Below are positions 1 through 7,356 of a DNA stretch of 17,335 nt, piece by piece; the stretch's first letter is position 1, and each line of letters begins with the position of its first letter. The stretch spans positions 1 through 17,335 of the forward strand of contig CAZMIT010000029.1 in NCBI GenBank assembly GCA_964566495.1, read 5' to 3'. The notes under the pieces are model-generated. The model did not search any database, was not told the origin of the DNA, and saw only the letters and a list, made by a program, of their open reading frames with translations. The stretch is from an uncultured bacterium. GTDB lineage: Bacteria > T1Sed10-126. The translations under genes were made by a program, and so were the position numbers.

Positions 1-5
1 AAAAG

Positions 6-46
6 TGTCCCCGAGGGGATTTGAACCCCTGTCTTCAGGATGAAAA
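6..46 (-). tRNA. 3' half of tRNA-Glu(TTC), from anticodon loop to discriminator; probable att site of an integrated island
   Basis: Minus strand reads TTTTCAT-CCTGA-AGAC-AGGGG-TTCAAAT-CCCCT-CGGGGAC-A: anticodon loop with TTC, 3' anticodon stem, variable loop, perfect T-arm and 3' acceptor strand. No D-arm or 5' acceptor strand lies upstream (positions above 51), so this is a fragment. Confidence 0.88.
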
Positions 47-175
47 TCTAAAAGCCGGGGTTTTGCCTGATTTTGTTTAATCCGCTTTCGTCCCCTTTGA
101 CGCCACTGTTTTGCCCCTTATAAGCCACTTTGGCAAATTAGATATTTTGCCTGATATTGGCTGATATCAGCTCTC

Positions 176-205
176 ATGTGACGAAATGTGACGAAATGTG
201 ACGAT
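176..205 (+). repeat. Three tandem 10-mers ATGTGACGA(A/T); candidate integrase arm-type or directionality-factor binding sites
   Basis: atgtgacgaa-atgtgacgaa-atgtgacgat lies about 130 bp inside the tRNA fragment. Further near-repeats (gcctgatatt/ggctgatatc at 149-168, ttttgcctga at 61-70) are nearby. Confidence 0.65.
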
Positions 206-536
206 TTTTAACTGCCTGTTTAGCTCAATTATATCCTTGTTCGCAGGTTAAAGTTTTCCGCCCGTCACCAAAAAAATAAATCGCCTGCTGAGCCACCTTT
301 ACCTAAGTACACTCCAAAAATAATCAACCTGGTTCCAAAACGAAAAAAATACCAGTCGCGGGACGGGCCGTTAAAATTGAGGAACTTACGAACTTACAAA
401 AGGAAAAGGGAAGGCAGTTATAACGTTATTTAATTATTATATCTTTTGACCTAAATAGACCCTGTTTGCTGGGCTCATGTCACAAGATGTCACGAGATTT
501 GCCCTCAAAAAATTGCCACTCCACCCCGTTCCCATC

Positions 537-584
537 CCCCACTTTTTAGTCCCCACTTTCTACACTTTTTGTTTGCCTTACTCA
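537..584 (-). mobile_element. Orphan IS21-like terminal sequence, copy 1
   Basis: Minus strand TGAGTAAGGCAAACAAAAAGTGTAG-AAAGT-GGGGACTAAAAAGTGGGG has a TG terminus and two internal AAAAAGTG-containing repeats. It is colinear with the copy at 7168-7215. Confidence 0.5.
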
Positions 585-626
585 ATAGCTAAACAAGCTT
601 TTCATACTTTTATTAATCTCTTTCAA

Positions 627-681
627 TTTGTTAAAATTTTGTTAAAATATTTCTTGAATACTCAAATTATGGTGGTAAAAT
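627..681 (+). promoter_or_regulatory. Sigma70-type promoter (TTGAAT-16 bp-TAAAAT, extended -10 TG) preceded by an 11-bp tandem repeat
   Basis: -35 at 654-659, -10 at 676-681 preceded by TGn; TTTGTTAAAAT x2 at 627-648. The predicted +1 near 688-689 coincides with the second ATG of the LexA-like ORF. Confidence 0.6.
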
Positions 682-682
682 C

Positions 683-967
683 ATGGAAATGGAACTTCCC
701 CTGACGGAAATTCAGGAAAATGTGCTATGCTTTGCGGCTGAGTTTATTGAAGAAAACAACTACCCACCCACTATAGAGGAAATTCAAGACGGAGTGAAAC
801 TATCAAATCCAGGATCTGTTTATCGCGCTCTTCAAGGACTTGAAAATAAAAACTATATCCATAAAAAATCAGACGTCGCCCGGGGGCTAAGATTAACAAA
901 GCTTGGAGAAAAATATATGCCTTCAAACCAAGCAAATCTTCCAGAGGAGGAAACAGAAAATACATGA
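683..967 (+). CDS. LexA N-terminal winged-helix DNA-binding domain protein without S24 peptidase domain; true start possibly 689
   Basis: LTEIQENVL..FIEENNYPPTIEEIQDGVKLSNPGSVYRALQGLENKNYIHKKSDVARGLRL matches the LexA DBD pattern (LT.RQ, GYPPT.REI, S..aV..HL..LE.KGYI, ARGI). It is only 94 aa, and its stop overlaps the MTase start (ATGA 964-967). Confidence 0.85.
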   Translation: MEMELPLTEIQENVLCFAAEFIEENNYPPTIEEIQDGVKLSNPGSVYRALQGLENKNYIHKKSDVARGLRLTKLGEKYMPSNQANLPEEETENT

Positions 968-1863
968 ATGAAGAAAAAACAAATCACCAGATACTTTTCG
1001 GCGATACTCTTCAAATCCTGCCCGATCTGCCGGAAAAAACTATAGGTTTTGTCGTCACCTCACCACCATACTGGCAAATTAAGGACTACGAAAACGACGG
1101 GCAAATTGGCAAAGAGCAGCCGTACGAGGAATATTTATCTGATTTAACAAAAGTCTGGAAACAATGTCATAGACTACTAAAACCTGGGTGCAGACTGGCG
1201 ATTAATATTGGCGATCAGTATCTGCGAGCCAAAGATTATGGGCGTTATCGTATTCAGCCAATTCCGGCAGACACTATTCGTATCTGCCGGAAACTTGGTT
1301 TTGATTTCATGGGCAATATTATTTGGCGAAAAGTAAGCACAACCAACACGACCGGGGGCGGAACCTGGATGGGGTCAACATATCACCCCAAAGACGGCCA
1401 TATCACTTATGAGCATGAATACATCTTGCTATTCCGCAAAATGGGCGATTGGCCTGATCCGACTCCCGAGCAGAAAGAAAAAAGCAAATTAACAAAACAG
1501 CAGCGTTCACGTTGGTTTCGAGGTTACTGGGAACTATCTCCGGATAGACAGGACGACCATATTGCTAAGTTCCCCGTGGAACTTCCCAAAAGATTAATAA
1601 AAATGTATTCCTTCTGGGGGGAGACTGTTCTGGATCCCTTCTTGGGCAGCGGTACAACAACACTGGCAGCGAAAAAAACTGGGAGAAATAGCATTGGTGT
1701 CGAATTGAACGAGGATTTTTCCCCCATAATCAAAGAAAAGTTGAAAATAAAGAATGATCTATTCGGCGAAGTTCAAACGGTGGAAAACAAGGAAATTTAC
1801 GAGAACGAAAATACAGTTATCGAACTCAACGGTCACACAATCAAGGAAATGTCTTCCGTTTAG
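964..1863 (+). CDS. DNA methyltransferase, beta class (N4-cytosine/N6-adenine), R-M modification subunit
   Basis: Motif IV TSPPY near the N-terminus, IIWRK, HEYILLFRK, H.AKFPVELPKRLI, and motif I VLDPFLGSGTT near the C-terminus. SPPY favours m4C. Confidence 0.95.
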   Translation: MNEEKTNHQILFGDTLQILPDLPEKTIGFVVTSPPYWQIKDYENDGQIGKEQPYEEYLSDLTKVWKQCHRLLKPGCRLAINIGDQYLRAKDYGRYRIQPIPADTIRICRKLGFDFMGNIIWRKVSTTNTTGGGTWMGSTYHPKDGHITYEHEYILLFRKMGDWPDPTPEQKEKSKLTKQQRSRWFRGYWELSPDRQDDHIAKFPVELPKRLIKMYSFWGETVLDPFLGSGTTTLAAKKTGRNSIGVELNEDFSPIIKEKLKIKNDLFGEVQTVENKEIYENENTVIELNGHTIKEMSSV

Positions 1864-2480
1864 CTATCCGGTTCCCGGTAAAAATAAAGGTATTTATCCG
1901 TTGTCTTATAGAAAATTAACTCAACTTGGATATCCTCTCTAACAGAGGAATCTTTGTATAAATAGGTATGCGGTTTAATCGAAACGGGTTGCCCACCAAT
2001 ATAACCGTCGATATTTTTTGATTCCTCTTCCGGCGTGGCAGGTTTCCAATCAACTTCTTCCTGACGGGCTATCTCTCTCAATATAGCTTCCTGCGCGATT
2101 AATCCCTCTGCCGTTTTTTTGACCACAAGGTCCTCTATCCACTTACGGACCATCTCCCGGTCTATTTTATCCATTGCTTCCTTCATGTTATTGATCATCG
2201 GCATAACTCGATCGACCGCTTCATCAATAGCACCCGGTTTTTTATCAAGATACCACTGTTTCCAGCCCTCAAAAGTATTTTCAGGACATTCTTTATAAAG
2301 ATCGCTCATCTGCCCAACTACGTTAGGTCGCGTTCCCTGAGCATTTTGATTCGCAATGTTCATGATTTGAGTGGTGTATTTAGGAAAATCGGGCGAAGAA
2401 CCAGTAATTTCTTCTACCTTATTCTCCCAGTTTAACCGAGTTTCTTCAAAATCAGAAAATTTGTCATTGCTGCTGGGCAT
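1860..2480 (-). CDS. Type II restriction endonuclease, MjaI family
   Basis: FPKYTTQIMNIANQNAQGTRPNVVGQMSDL, W..WY, KT..GL..QEAIL and EESKNIDGYIG..PVSIKP.TY (PD-(D/E)xK variant) are characteristic of MjaI-like enzymes. It converges on and overlaps the MTase by 4 bp. Confidence 0.85.
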   Translation of the reverse strand: MPSSNDKFSDFEETRLNWENKVEEITGSSPDFPKYTTQIMNIANQNAQGTRPNVVGQMSDLYKECPENTFEGWKQWYLDKKPGAIDEAVDRVMPMINNMKEAMDKIDREMVRKWIEDLVVKKTAEGLIAQEAILREIARQEEVDWKPATPEEESKNIDGYIGGQPVSIKPHTYLYKDSSVREDIQVELIFYKTTDKYLYFYREPDS

Positions 2481-2698
2481 AAGAACACCTCTGTAAAAAA
2501 TAATTTAAACAATTTAGAAGAAAACTATCTTCCATTCATTCGGGTACTTCAGTCCACTATTGAAACAACTGAAAATCTTCCTTTGTCTGGATATCGATTG
2601 GCTATAGAAAATATCAGCGTTAAGTTTACAGCCTCTTATCCCCAATTAAACTACCACAACTTTAAACATCCCCGTTCTAAAATATCAGAAAAAGTTCT

Positions 2699-3064
2699 TC
2701 ATTCTGACTTCCATTGACGATAACTCTCGAGGTCTTCGTTTATGGCATACAGCACCAGTCCAATCACAGCTGCATCGGATAATTCGCCTATGATAGGTAG
2801 ATCTTTTGGGATTTTGTTTCCGGGGTTGGCTATGTAAAGGATTGCAAAAGCTGATACTGCTATCGAACGGTAGGGTACTTCCTGGTAATTTCCATCCTTG
2901 TAGTCCTTGATCATTTCACCCATTAACTTAATTTTGTCTACAAATTCATTTAACGTCTCGTTTTCTTTCGCTTGCTCGATTGCCTCTTCTATCTGCTGCT
3001 GGACTTTTTCCAGGTCCTCAACATCAAATTTATCTACTAACTCACCGAGTAATTCTAGCGCCAT
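2699..3064 (-). CDS. YkvA/DUF1232-family small membrane protein (divergent)
   Basis: MIKDYKDGNYQEVPYRSI..AILYIANP..KIPKDLPIIGELSDAAVIGLVL...EDLESYRQWK follows the YkvA layout; RBS GAGGAGG upstream. Confidence 0.8.
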   Translation of the reverse strand: MALELLGELVDKFDVEDLEKVQQQIEEAIEQAKENETLNEFVDKIKLMGEMIKDYKDGNYQEVPYRSIAVSAFAILYIANPGNKIPKDLPIIGELSDAAVIGLVLYAINEDLESYRQWKSE

Positions 3065-3200
3065 AACTTTTCCTCCTCGTTTGATTTTTTTATTTCATCA
3101 AATTCAGGAGTTTGCCAAGTCAGGACAAAGAGGTCATTTTTAAAAGAAGTTATCACTGCAGAAAAGTTGTTAAATCAACTATTTAATATGTGAGAATTCA

Positions 3201-3229
3201 AATCTACCACGAATAATATAGGTTGTCAA
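3201..3229 (-). promoter_or_regulatory. Sigma70-type promoter for the YkvA-like gene
   Basis: Minus strand TTGACA (3229-3224), 17-bp spacer ending in TGG, TAGATT (3206-3201). Confidence 0.55.
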
Positions 3230-3339
3230 CCAACAATTTAATAAAGCAATTTCATTTTTTCAATAAGCTCTTGCAAGATATTGCTCTTTGCGTGATTTAT
3301 ACGTGTTTCCCGCCCTCCAAAAAATATCACTCGGCTCGA

Positions 3340-4251
3340 TCACTCCTTGTGGTGGGCGCGGCGGAAGTCGTCGAGGATTTTCCCAAACCGCTGTTCAAAA
3401 GACTGCCAGTCAATATGGTCGAGGTCCTCTTCCCAGGCCTGGTAAAGCTGGCCAACGGCCCACTTATCCCTGTTAGTTACCTGCTCGTTGGCACTGACAA
3501 TGGCCAGTGCCATGGCGTAGATAGTGGTTTTTTGTTCCTGATCCAGCTCGCTCTCTAATTCGGCCAGAGTTTCGGCCATCTCTATCTCGCCGGCCTGCTG
3601 ATCCTCAAAAAAACGGCGGGATACTCGCTGGTAGTCGAAATTGATCTCCACCTGCGACTCCGAGAAGAAGCGGTCCATAATCACCAGGGCGCGCCGGTCC
3701 TGTTCCTCGTCCATGCTCATAAAAAAGAGCCCCAGTTCAAATATCTTGCGACCAAGCGATTTCTCGCGGTCGGGGATAGAGGGGACCGGTGTAATCTCCT
3801 CAGCAATGTCGGGAAATTCCAGTTCTACTCCACAGTTGTAGCAGTAATTAAACCCCTCCCGCAACTGAGCGCCACACTGGCTACAAATACTGGGATTGGT
3901 CTCTTGCATCAGCTCTTGCGCGTATAGTTCAAAACTCTCACCGCGCTGGAAGGGACGCAGGTAAAAATCTCCGGTAAGCTCTTTGCCGAGAAAGGTCATG
4001 TCCCACTTGCCGCGGATCTCCTGCTCTTCAAGTTCCCCTTGGAACTTCCACTTGCCGGCTTCTTTAAAATTGGCGGTCCACTCGTATTTATCACCAGTGA
4101 CCGTGCCGGAGAGAGTAAATTTCCCGATTTCTGCATCCATCCCCTCGCCGCGCAGTTTATCCCCTTCGCGAATCAACCGCAGTTGTTTCCCGTATTTCGT
4201 CGGCACTCCATCGTAACTATGATAGCCAATATACCGAGTGCTCTCGCCCAT
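3340..4251 (-). CDS. Three-domain protein: N-terminal beta-rich domain, zinc ribbon, C-terminal TerB-like helical domain
   Basis: Gly/aromatic-rich beta-strand region (FTLSGTV, WKFQGEL, IRGKW, TGDFYL); CSQC-x10-CYNCG zinc ribbon; C-terminal LDQEQKTTIYAMALAIVSANEQVTNRD resembles the TerB 'a..ia.ADG.v...E' repeat; RBS GGGGTGA. Confidence 0.6.
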   Translation of the reverse strand: MGESTRYIGYHSYDGVPTKYGKQLRLIREGDKLRGEGMDAEIGKFTLSGTVTGDKYEWTANFKEAGKWKFQGELEEQEIRGKWDMTFLGKELTGDFYLRPFQRGESFELYAQELMQETNPSICSQCGAQLREGFNYCYNCGVELEFPDIAEEITPVPSIPDREKSLGRKIFELGLFFMSMDEEQDRRALVIMDRFFSESQVEINFDYQRVSRRFFEDQQAGEIEMAETLAELESELDQEQKTTIYAMALAIVSANEQVTNRDKWAVGQLYQAWEEDLDHIDWQSFEQRFGKILDDFRRAHHKE

Positions 4252-4345
4252 TTGATTTCACCCCTGAAAATTGATTAAAAAATTACGTTAGAAATTATCT
4301 CGACAGGCCGCATTATTATATAATTGCCTCCTGCTGACAAAGAAC

Positions 4346-5770
4346 TCAGCCCTTATTATTTTCTATAAAATCCTCCGGCAGCTCCGGTGTCTCTTCCGGC
4401 CCCTCACCTTCCTCGTCGGTCTGCTCGCCATACCAACCGGCAAGCTTCTCAATAGCCGCCCGCAGTCCAACCTCCCGACCGCGAACAAAGTAAAGATTGG
4501 CAGCCATACCGATAGCGTAGACACCGGCACCGGCAACCCCGGCGCCGAGCGCAGTGCCCTTACCGGGCATGAACTTGACCAGCTGTTGGAAGGTTAATTT
4601 CGCCAGGTAGGCCAGGCCACCGGTTGCTCCGATGGCGTTAATCAATTCAATCGCGGAGGCAACCTCCATCTTGCGACCGGATAGATAAGCGATCATCATA
4701 ACCAGTATAAGTTCCAGCGGCAACAGCAGGTACATATCGGAAAAGGGAACAAAGTGCGAGCCGCCAATTGTTGTCCCAACGCCAGCATAGGCCCAGCTTA
4801 ACCGGTGACAGATCTGAAACAAGACGTCCTCCACCCGGCTATAGAGGTTGAGTTTTATCGCCGCCTCCACCTCCATGTTTTCGGTCAACAACCGGTAAAG
4901 AAATTCTATGCTATGGCGGAGGTCGTAGGTGATTTCCTGATTGGAACTGTCCCACTCCAGGTAGGAACAGACGGGCACTATACCCTCTGCTTCCAGCTCC
5001 TGCTCCCGCAGACGGCTGCCAACGTTATTCACCGCCTCCCCGAACAATTTCTTGGCCTCGTCCGAATCAAATTGTGGTTCCCCCTGCTCCTTGGGGGCCA
5101 GTTCGTCGGCACGGTTGAGCGCCACAAGCAGTGGCAATTCGCCCGCTTTGTTGCGGATCTTCTTAATTACCTTGATCGAATCGTCAAGATTGGCCACGCG
5201 CTGGGCATCAAGAACGAACAGAATCAAGTCTGGCCTGAAGTCCTCCACGTCATTGAGCAGTTGCTCCAGGGCCGATTTTTGGTCGGCACTACCATAATCC
5301 TTCAATCCTCGCGTATCAAGAAGTTCTAAAACGGTATCTCCATTGTCCTCAACATCGGTAATCTCCGCTTTTAAGGTCTGGGCTCCGTAGCCGTCTCCAA
5401 CTTCGACAACATATTCTCCCAGCAAGGCATTAATAAGTGAACTCTTGCCGATCCCCTGCTCTCCGGCAACCAGTATACGCGGCGGACGGCGATCCTTTAT
5501 TTTTTCGATCATCTCCAGGATATCCTCGTTGCGCAACACCTTATTGATTAGCTCCGAAATTTTTTCCTGGGCTTCCTCCGGAATCTCCAACCGCCCCTCC
5601 TCGTTCAGTAACCGGTCGGCAATAACTTCCGGCAGCCACTCCTTTATTTTATCCCCCAGTTCCGTATCCTGAAGAGCCTCCAGTGCCCTGTCGGCTAATT
5701 CGCCCCCCTCTTCCAGAATCTCGTCCAGCCGGTCAATCCGCTTTTCTATCAACTTCCTGTCTCTCTCCAT
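4346..5770 (-). CDS. TRAFAC (Era/YeeP-like) GTPase with N-terminal helical region and C-terminal DUF697-like membrane domain
   Basis: G1 GEQGIGKSS, G3 LLDTRG, G4 LNRAD; C-terminal VPFSDMYLLLPLELILVMMIAYLSG and Gly/Ala-rich helices (PGKGTALGAGVAGAGVYAIG) typical of DUF697; RBS GGGTGA. Confidence 0.88.
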   Translation of the reverse strand: MERDRKLIEKRIDRLDEILEEGGELADRALEALQDTELGDKIKEWLPEVIADRLLNEEGRLEIPEEAQEKISELINKVLRNEDILEMIEKIKDRRPPRILVAGEQGIGKSSLINALLGEYVVEVGDGYGAQTLKAEITDVEDNGDTVLELLDTRGLKDYGSADQKSALEQLLNDVEDFRPDLILFVLDAQRVANLDDSIKVIKKIRNKAGELPLLVALNRADELAPKEQGEPQFDSDEAKKLFGEAVNNVGSRLREQELEAEGIVPVCSYLEWDSSNQEITYDLRHSIEFLYRLLTENMEVEAAIKLNLYSRVEDVLFQICHRLSWAYAGVGTTIGGSHFVPFSDMYLLLPLELILVMMIAYLSGRKMEVASAIELINAIGATGGLAYLAKLTFQQLVKFMPGKGTALGAGVAGAGVYAIGMAANLYFVRGREVGLRAAIEKLAGWYGEQTDEEGEGPEETPELPEDFIENNKG

Positions 5771-5844
5771 CTTATATCACCCCTTTAAGAGAATTGAAAA
5801 CACTTGGCCAACTATTTAGAACCTCGCCGAAAAACGCCAAATCT

Positions 5845-5877
5845 CCTCACCCTAACCCTCTCCCGCCAGGGGAGAGG
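5845..5877 (+). repeat. REP-like hairpin of the CCCTCACCCTAACCCTCTCCC...GGGAGAGG family
   Basis: cctcaccctaaccctctccc-gccag-gggagagg; a related hairpin lies at 13998-14025. Confidence 0.75.
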
Positions 5878-5980
5878 AAGTTTTTCTGATCAATATTATT
5901 CAAAGTGTAACAGAAGTTGTAAGTCATTGCAAATAAAAATTAGCTTGTTCTTTTAAAATTAACATGGTAATTCAGTAATG

Positions 5981-6008
5981 ATTATACCTGGGGAATATTA
6001 TAAGTCAA
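5981..6008 (-). promoter_or_regulatory. Sigma70-type promoter for the GTPase gene or cluster
   Basis: Minus strand TTGACT (6008-6003), 16 bp, TATAAT (5986-5981). Confidence 0.55.
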
Positions 6009-6168
6009 CCTCTGTTCCAAAATTGTAGTGGAGATAAGCAAAAAATGCTCGGATAGTAGAAATTACATCTGTGCCCTGGTTAAAATTTATGTTGTTCGTC
6101 CCCTGGACTGTCCTATTTTGTAAAAATCTGCGTTAATTCGTATCCTGGATGAATTTTTACAGAAAAAA

Positions 6169-6885
6169 CTACTCCTTTTCTTCCAGCAGGGCTTTCATCT
6201 TTTGTTTTAATTTTTTCTTCCAGAGTGAAAAAAGTTCACTCATAATATCTTCCTCTACAGAATTAAGCAGAGCCAAAAATTCCTCATCGGGAATGTCAAT
6301 CTCCTCCGGCTCTACTCCACGTTCTTCGGCCAGCTCGCTAAAAACCTGGGAGGTAGCTTCAGCGCCAATTCGAAAGCCCTGTTTAAAAAAGCCAATTATG
6401 GAATCCATCTGCCCCCAGCGCACATATTCCGCGGCGGGGATTACCTGTATTTGAAATTTTTGGCCGGTAACCGGATCTTTTATCTGTCGATTCTCCTGCT
6501 GGTAAGTTACGAAGAGCATAGCATGTTTATACTGGCGCCGCTGAGCTCGGGTGCCAAGCTGTTCTGCCTTACGTGTTAGGGCGACTAAGTTTGACAGGTG
6601 ACCTAACGGCTGGGTCTCCTGGCGTTTCCAGCGGCTAATTGTTCCCGGGGCACAGCCCAGGATATCAGCCAGCTCATTCTGGGTGCATTCAAAACTGTCG
6701 CAGAGACGCTCAACCAATTTTCCGGCCGCCCGACGCAGGGCTTCTTTTTGATCCTCAACCTTATTCATATCCAGGTCGTCACCGATGCCGATGTCGAATC
6801 GGTCGTAGATGAAGTAAATATTTTCCTCTTGCTCTTTATATATTTTCTGGTTTGCTTTTGAAAGCTCAATTTCTTCTTCTGACAT
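6169..6885 (-). CDS. XRE/Cro-type helix-turn-helix protein with N- and C-terminal extensions
   Basis: Central TQNELADILGCAPGTISRWKRQETQP is a canonical XRE HTH; flanking regions not recognised. Confidence 0.8.
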   Translation of the reverse strand: MSEEEIELSKANQKIYKEQEENIYFIYDRFDIGIGDDLDMNKVEDQKEALRRAAGKLVERLCDSFECTQNELADILGCAPGTISRWKRQETQPLGHLSNLVALTRKAEQLGTRAQRRQYKHAMLFVTYQQENRQIKDPVTGQKFQIQVIPAAEYVRWGQMDSIIGFFKQGFRIGAEATSQVFSELAEERGVEPEEIDIPDEEFLALLNSVEEDIMSELFSLWKKKLKQKMKALLEEKE

Positions 6886-7167
6886 AACGGATCACTTCTT
6901 CTCTTTAACAGAATTGTTCATGCTAAAATCACAATCAAATATGGGATGAGAACAAGAATTTTTTGTTTCTCTATTTTTCTCTCCTCTATCTTCTCCTTCT
7001 TGTCTCATATTTAAACTACCTTTGTTCTATTATACCCTGATCTCTTAAACTTCACAGGGCAATTATTATTTTACACGATTTTGACAAAAGCCTCAAAGAA
7101 TCCGTCCTCCCACGAGAAAAACTATGTGGGTCCTGAAAGCTCGAGCAGTGCTCCTTGCTCATATACA

Positions 7168-7215
7168 CCCCACTTTTTAGTTGTCAGCTTCTACACTTTT
7201 TGTTTGCCATACGCA
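7168..7215 (-). mobile_element. Orphan IS21-like terminal sequence, copy 2
   Basis: Minus strand TGCGTATGGCAAACAAAAAGTGTAG-AAGCT-GACAACTAAAAAGTGGGG aligns without gaps to 537-584, in the same orientation. Confidence 0.5.
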
Positions 7216-7356
7216 TAACGGGCAATCCGTTCATTGTTATCCATTCCATCGCATCCATTCCTTATAGTATTAACTGATTAACCGATAAATTCGATAGAAT
7301 TCGTATTTTTAGAGCCCTTACCGAGCTCGCAGAGGGGACTACAGGAAGGGGTAAAG

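Noticed and set aside
1..85. Intact tRNA-Glu gene
   Set aside because: The 5' anticodon-stem strand is degenerate (TTAGA against CCTGA), and no D-arm or GTCCCC 5' acceptor strand is present, so it is only a 3' fragment.
477..704. 75-aa ORF on the + strand
   Set aside because: It runs across the IS-like end and promoter, has no RBS, and has low-complexity Phe/Leu/Pro composition.
683..967. Canonical SOS repressor lexA
   Set aside because: It lacks the Ala-Gly cleavage site and Ser/Lys peptidase domain, and the MTase begins at its stop, leaving no room for a frameshifted C-terminus.
2907..5889. Multiple + strand ORFs (e.g. 3223-3558, 4805-5329, 5683-5889)
   Set aside because: They are antisense shadows of well-supported minus-strand genes; 5683-5889 ends in the translated REP hairpin (PHPNPLPPGER).
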